64,000 nt of DNA from the human T2T-CHM13v2.0 reference genome, Homo sapiens: NCBI RefSeq assembly GCF_009914755.1, contig NC_060939.1. The stretch is one strand, 5' to 3'. This document shows, piece by piece, positions 58,750 through 64,000 of the stretch. The translations under genes were made by a program, and so were the position numbers. Numbering within the stretch: the stretch's first letter is position 1; the number at the start of each line of letters is the position of its first letter. The notes beneath the pieces are model-generated. The model worked only from the letters and a program-made list of their open reading frames with translations, searched no databases and was not told the DNA's origin.

Positions 58750-60420
58750 CTAAATAATAAAGAGTGTTAGGTGATAAGTTTTATGATAGAGATAATGTGT
58801 GCTTTAAAACACACAGCATAAAACAGATGGAAAACACCTCATGGAGAAGGGAGAGCTTGAATTGGTGTTTGATTGAAGGACAAGAAAAATCTGTTGGTAA
58901 CTTCCTCCTGGCTCTGACCTCTGATGCAGTTAAAGTAAAGCAACTTAGAATTATGATCTAGGGAACATATTCAGAGAGAAATGAATTTATGATGTCTTCA
59001 ATTTGAAGATGCTATGATTTTAGACTATTCTAGAATACAATGATTTTTCATTGCTTCACACTTGTAAGAAATGTTCCACTACTGAAAATTTGCAACACTT
59101 AAAAAATTCCTACACAAAATCACAGCCCACCTTGCTGTTCTATGCTAAATAAACAAAATATTTTTTCTCAATTATGTTGCTCTCCTTAATTACACGCAAT
59201 TTTAAAACTAGCTGTAACTGACAGCCCTTTCCTCACACTTACTGCCAATGTATTTAGGTCAATCCCACCTCCAATTAGAGAAACTTAGAAAAAGGAAATC
59301 CTACGGTGAAATGCCATATGCCTTACAATTTTCAGTAACTAATCCTCAAGGATGACAACTTGGCAAAAAAGAGAACTGGACCAGCTCCCTGAAAGGTCCA
59401 TCACTTCGGCCCATGTTAATTGATTGCCTTAAAATCACAGTGCTTCCAGGTTGTAGAGACACACTCAAAATGGACTATTGCCCTCACATTAAAGGGGATA
59501 GGTTTTCTTTTCCCTTTTCCCATCCCTGCTTCTCTCAAAGCTGCACAGAGGTATATGAGGTTTGGGGAATATTTGCAGCACATGTTGGCTGGCAAGAATG
59601 TGGGTGAATTCCTGTTAAGGGGCGCAGACACTCCCTCTTCTATGACCTTTCCTTTCCACCCAGAACAACTGAAGTATCATGATAAGAGGAAGGGCTTTGT
59701 GTTTGAGATAAGCAGCTCCTATACCTGTCAGCTTTCTCTAATAAGAAAGCTCTTTCCTGCCACCGTATAGGTCACCTTCTTATTGGTAAAGCATGATGAA
59801 GTTTGGAAACTGTTGTCCTTGTTTTGTTGAAAGAAGCCAAGTTCCAAGAAATCTGCAGAGGCATTCCTACAATCCCTCAGCCATGGCAGCATGAATCCTG
59901 AAGGGGCAGTGAGTGCTGGTTTCTACTCTGTCTGCACAGCTAAGCCTAGGGGAGATAATCTTTTCATACAAGATGCATTCTGCTTTTGTGGGCCTCTTGC
60001 AGCCCTCAAGCCCCCATCTGATTTGTACACAATGATCCAGTGGGCCAGAGGAGCCCAGAGCCATGAGCGGCCCATCCCTCCAAGAACTATTTCTGACTGT
60101 CCAGTATCATGGAGCAAGTGGAAAGAAGAAAAAAAAAACCCAATTACTTTTCGAAGAGCAAGATGAATGCTGTAGAAGGAGAAGGAAGGGGAGGGAGATG
60201 GATGGGTGCCGATTCCAGAATCTTCAGATCTGCTTGGATGAATCATTACCTATGATTTGCGGGACAAGAATCTGATTTTATTCATCAACCAGTAGAAACT
60301 TTTCTTTCTGCCTCCCAACATCTGAAATCCAACAAACATGTGCCTTAGGAACATACCGGTCATCTTTTAGAGGCATTTTATATACATATTGAGTAACTAG
60401 AAAACACTCTTTCCGTAATA

Positions 60421-60446
60421 CACACACACACACACACACACACACA
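60421..60446. repeat. (CA)13 microsatellite upstream of the THBS1 promoter
   Basis: Perfect CA repeat. Confidence 0.95.
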
Positions 60447-60601
60447 CCATCTTGTCATACAACACTCCCACGCAAGAAAAGCGAAACTGCTGTTTGATGA
60501 ATGTAAACACTTGGCTGTTTGCAGCAGTCGGGAGTCCTGCCAGGTTTAAGTGCTAAGATGGGAGGTGAACCCCAGGGGTTTCCCCCTGCCCGTGCTGAGA
60601 T

Positions 60602-60611
60602 CCTTATTTGG
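60602..60611 (+). promoter_or_regulatory. THBS1: CArG box / serum response element (~-1280 from the THBS1 TSS)
   Basis: CCTTATTTGG = CC(A/T)6GG; position agrees with the known distal THBS1 SRE. Confidence 0.85.
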
Positions 60612-60685
60612 TCAAGCTTCTACCTATGCCCTGGCCTCGGAGCGAGCCCGATAGCGCTGGATCACAGCAGAGGGAGCGAGGCGGC

Positions 60686-60693
60686 TGACGTCC
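60686..60693 (+). promoter_or_regulatory. THBS1: CRE/ATF-like site (~-1200)
   Basis: TGACGTCC, 7/8 match to CRE. Confidence 0.6.
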
Positions 60694-60960
60694 CATCCCG
60701 AAGAGATGAATGGAATTCCAGGAAGCTAGAGTCATGCTGGCTTGGGACAGTGGCTTGGAGACCAGACTTCAATGACAGAAGCACTAGGCAGCGGCACTCA
60801 TGGCAATGTGTGCACCCACAGAAATGTAACCCACACCTCGGGTTCAGGAGCCGAAAAATGAAAAGAACGTTTAGGGAGGAAAAAGGGAAATACAATAATA
60901 GGCAGAGAGTAATTTATTACTCTATGGGTCTGCTCTGTAAATAGCTGAAGACTCTGGAGC

Positions 60961-60966
60961 CAGATG
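60961..60966 (+). promoter_or_regulatory. THBS1: E-box CAGATG (~-925), likely the USF/glucose-responsive element
   Basis: Motif present; position matches my recollection of the described element. Confidence 0.45.
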
Positions 60967-61819
60967 GTTCTGCAAATTCTCCAAACAGGAGTCACGTTAA
61001 GAAGCACGAGTGGGCACAAAAACTGTTTTTCAAGACACAATTTCAATTTGGCTTGTGGAAACTGGATACGAGTAAGTTTCCTTAAAATTCGAGTAGAAAG
61101 CAGCTGTCCTCCCCGGGCCCCTTGATGAGAATACGCACACCGCCCCCAAGCGGCCGGCCGAGGGAGCGCCGCGGCAGCGGGAGAGGCGTCTCTGTGGGCC
61201 CCCTGGCAGCCGCGGCAGGAAAGGGCCCGAAGGCAGCGAAGGCGAACGCGGCGCACCAACCTGCCGGCCCCGCCGACGCCGCGCTCACCTCCCTCCGGGG
61301 CGGGCGTGGGGCCAGCTCAGGACAGGCGCTCGGGGGACGCGTGTCCTCACCCCACGGGGACGGTGGAGGAGAGTCAGCGAGGGCCCGAGGGGCAGGTACT
61401 TTAACGAATGGCTCTCTTGGTGTCCCCTGCGCCCCGTCGGCCCATTTTTCTTTTTACAAAACGGGCCCAGTCTCTAGTATCCACCTCTCGCCATCAACCA
61501 GGCATTCCGGGAGATCAGCTCGCCCGAAAGCCCCTGCGCCACCCCGCGGGCCCTCCTAGGTGGTCTCCCCAGCCCCGTCCCTTTTCGGGATGCTTGCTGA
61601 TCACCCCGAGCCCGCGTGGCGCAAGAGTACGAGCGCCGAGCCCGTGCGCGCCAAGGCTGCGTGGGCGGGCACCGACTTTTCTGAGAAGTTCTAGTGCTCC
61701 CAAGCCCCGACCCCCGCCCCCTTCACTTTCTAGCTGGAAAGTTGCGCGCCAGGCAGCGGGGGGCGGAGAGAGGAGCCCAGACTGGCCCCCACCTCCCGCT
61801 TCCTGCCCGGCCGCCGCCC

Positions 61820-61862
61820 ATTGGCCGGAGGAATCCCCAGGAATGCGAGCGCCCCTTTAAAA
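61820..61862 (+). promoter_or_regulatory. THBS1: Core promoter: inverted CCAAT (NF-Y) box ATTGG 61820-61824 and TATA-like TTTAAAA 61856-61862
   Basis: Canonical spacing, about -65 and -30 from the exon 1 start at ~61886. Confidence 0.85.
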
Positions 61863-61885
61863 GCGCGCGGCTCCTCCGCCTTGCC

Positions 61886-62035
61886 AGCCGCTGCGCCCGA
61901 GCTGGCCTGCGAGTTCAGGGCTCCTGTCGCTCTCCAGGAGCAACCTCTACTCCGGACGCACAGGCATTCCCCGCGCCCCTCCAGCCCTCGCCGCCCTCGC
62001 CACCGCTCCCGGCCGCCGCGCTCCGGTACACACAG
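61886..62035 (+). other. THBS1: THBS1 exon 1 (non-coding 5' UTR)
   Basis: Begins AGCCGCTGCGCCCGAG ~30 bp after the TATA-like box; ends CACAG|GTAAGT (consensus donor). Confidence 0.88.
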
Positions 62036-62444
62036 GTAAGTCGCCCCCGGCGGCCGCCGAGGACCAAAGCTGCCCGGGACATCCACCTGGAGCGCTGAGG
62101 CTTCAGTCCCTCTGGTGGACCCCGGAACCTACACTCTCCCCGCTCGCCTACCCCAGCCCGCTCCTCTCAGCCGCTGGAGGACTCTTCAGGGCAAGGCTCC
62201 AGAGCCATCCTCTCCAGCCTTGAGGTTCACAAACCAACTCATCAGGACACCCCAAGATTTCCTTACTCTCTGAAGTCCTCCTTAAGCCTTTGTATCAGCA
62301 CTCCAGGGAAGAGTCTGTACTTCCCCTGCCCTCCCTGCAACCCCAAACTACAGTTCCTGATCTTGCTCACCTTCGACTTCCCAAAAGCCCCCAAATTGTT
62401 GGTCTTGCGCCCCCCACACTTTAAAACCAGCATCTCTTTCCTCC

Positions 62445-62446
<2 letters not shown>

Positions 62447-62475
<29 letters not shown>
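62447..62475. repeat. (CT)14 microsatellite in THBS1 intron 1
   Basis: Perfect CT repeat. Confidence 0.95.
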
Positions 62476-62477
<2 letters not shown>

Positions 62478-62607
62478 GCTCTCTGGAAAGTAATCCTGTT
62501 GTCCTTCATTTCAGCAAACGCGGGGTCAAAGAGGGATGGTCCCGGCCCTGTCCCCATGCCCAGCCCCGTTTCTGCGCACCGTCCCTCCCTGCCTAGCTGA
62601 TCTCTGA

Positions 62608-62751
<144 letters not shown>

Positions 62752-62833
62752 TAGGGGAAGGAGGGACAAGGAAGAGGTGCTGGCTATCCCAGGTGTGCCC
62801 CCTCACGTGCTGTCCTCTCCCTCTTGAGCCTGA

Positions 62834-63574
<741 letters not shown>

Positions 63575-63654
63575 TGAGCCCTGCTCCGTGGGATCATCTG
63601 CTAGACAGGTGACCTGCCAGGAGGGCTACAGGAAATCCTGTCTGTAAACTAACG

Positions 63655-63822
63655 CAGCAGTTCTCAGATTTTAGGCAGCATGAGCATCACCTGGAGGGCT
63701 TGTGAAAGCTCACCCTGCTGCACCCCAGCCCCAGAGTCTGGGATTCTGTAAAACTGCAACTCTAACAAGTACCAGGTGATGCTGATGCCGGTGGTCTGGG
63801 AAGCACACTTTGAAAACTACTC
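63655..63822. mobile_element. MER5A-like element in THBS1 intron 3
   Basis: CAGCAGTTCTCA...GCATCACCTGGAGGGCTTGT...CCAGGTGATGCTGATGC...CACACTTTGAAAACTACT. Confidence 0.75.
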
Positions 63823-64000
63823 AAGGAAACAAGAAATGGTTTTCCTTTAGCAGTCAGCCTGTTCAAGCCTTAGATACTCCTTAGGCTCTTAAGAAAAGAG
63901 CTTATTTCAAATGCATTCCCCCAATTTTAATCTTGTTTGAAATGGATACTTTCTATGGGCAGAATCAGTACCACTTTGCTATTGGATTCCTCATGGGGAT

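Larger units (their letters stand above)
61110..62180. promoter_or_regulatory. THBS1: CpG island spanning the THBS1 promoter, exon 1 and start of intron 1
   Basis: Very high GC and CpG density; GC boxes; perfect EGR1 site GCGTGGGCG at 61659-61667; GAS TTCTGAGAA at 61679-61687. Confidence 0.93.

Noticed and set aside
60519-62098. Several 120-150-aa Arg/Pro/Gly/Ala-rich ORFs on both strands
   Set aside because: Stop-codon depletion in a CpG island, not coding.

Overview
Mammalian (almost certainly human) genomic DNA. About 61.9 kb of repeat-rich intergenic sequence lies directly upstream of THBS1 (thrombospondin-1). The THBS1 CpG-island promoter, non-coding exon 1, exon 2 (start codon and signal peptide), exon 3 (N-terminal heparin-binding TSPN/LamG domain) and the start of intron 3 occupy the last ~3.4 kb on the + strand. 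The upstream region contains a young 5'-inverted (twin-primed) L1PA2-like insertion with a perfect TSD and an ancient two-LTR ERVL provirus (LTR16C/ERV3-16A3-like) interrupted by MLT1, AluY and L1M insertions. It also holds three MLT2/HERVL solo LTRs, several MaLR LTRs, about 13 Alus (one trimeric chimera), DNA-transposon fossils (Tigger2a, Tigger3a, MER5, MER107-like, Arthur1-like), MIR/L2 relics and microsatellites. Almost all ORFs in the track other than THBS1 and L1 ORF2 are chance or repeat-derived. I found no convincing previously undescribed biological system. The notable points are insertion-mechanism signatures, small unexplained duplications and candidate THBS1 distal regulatory clusters. 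Repeat subfamily names come from my recollection of consensus sequences, not from a database search.
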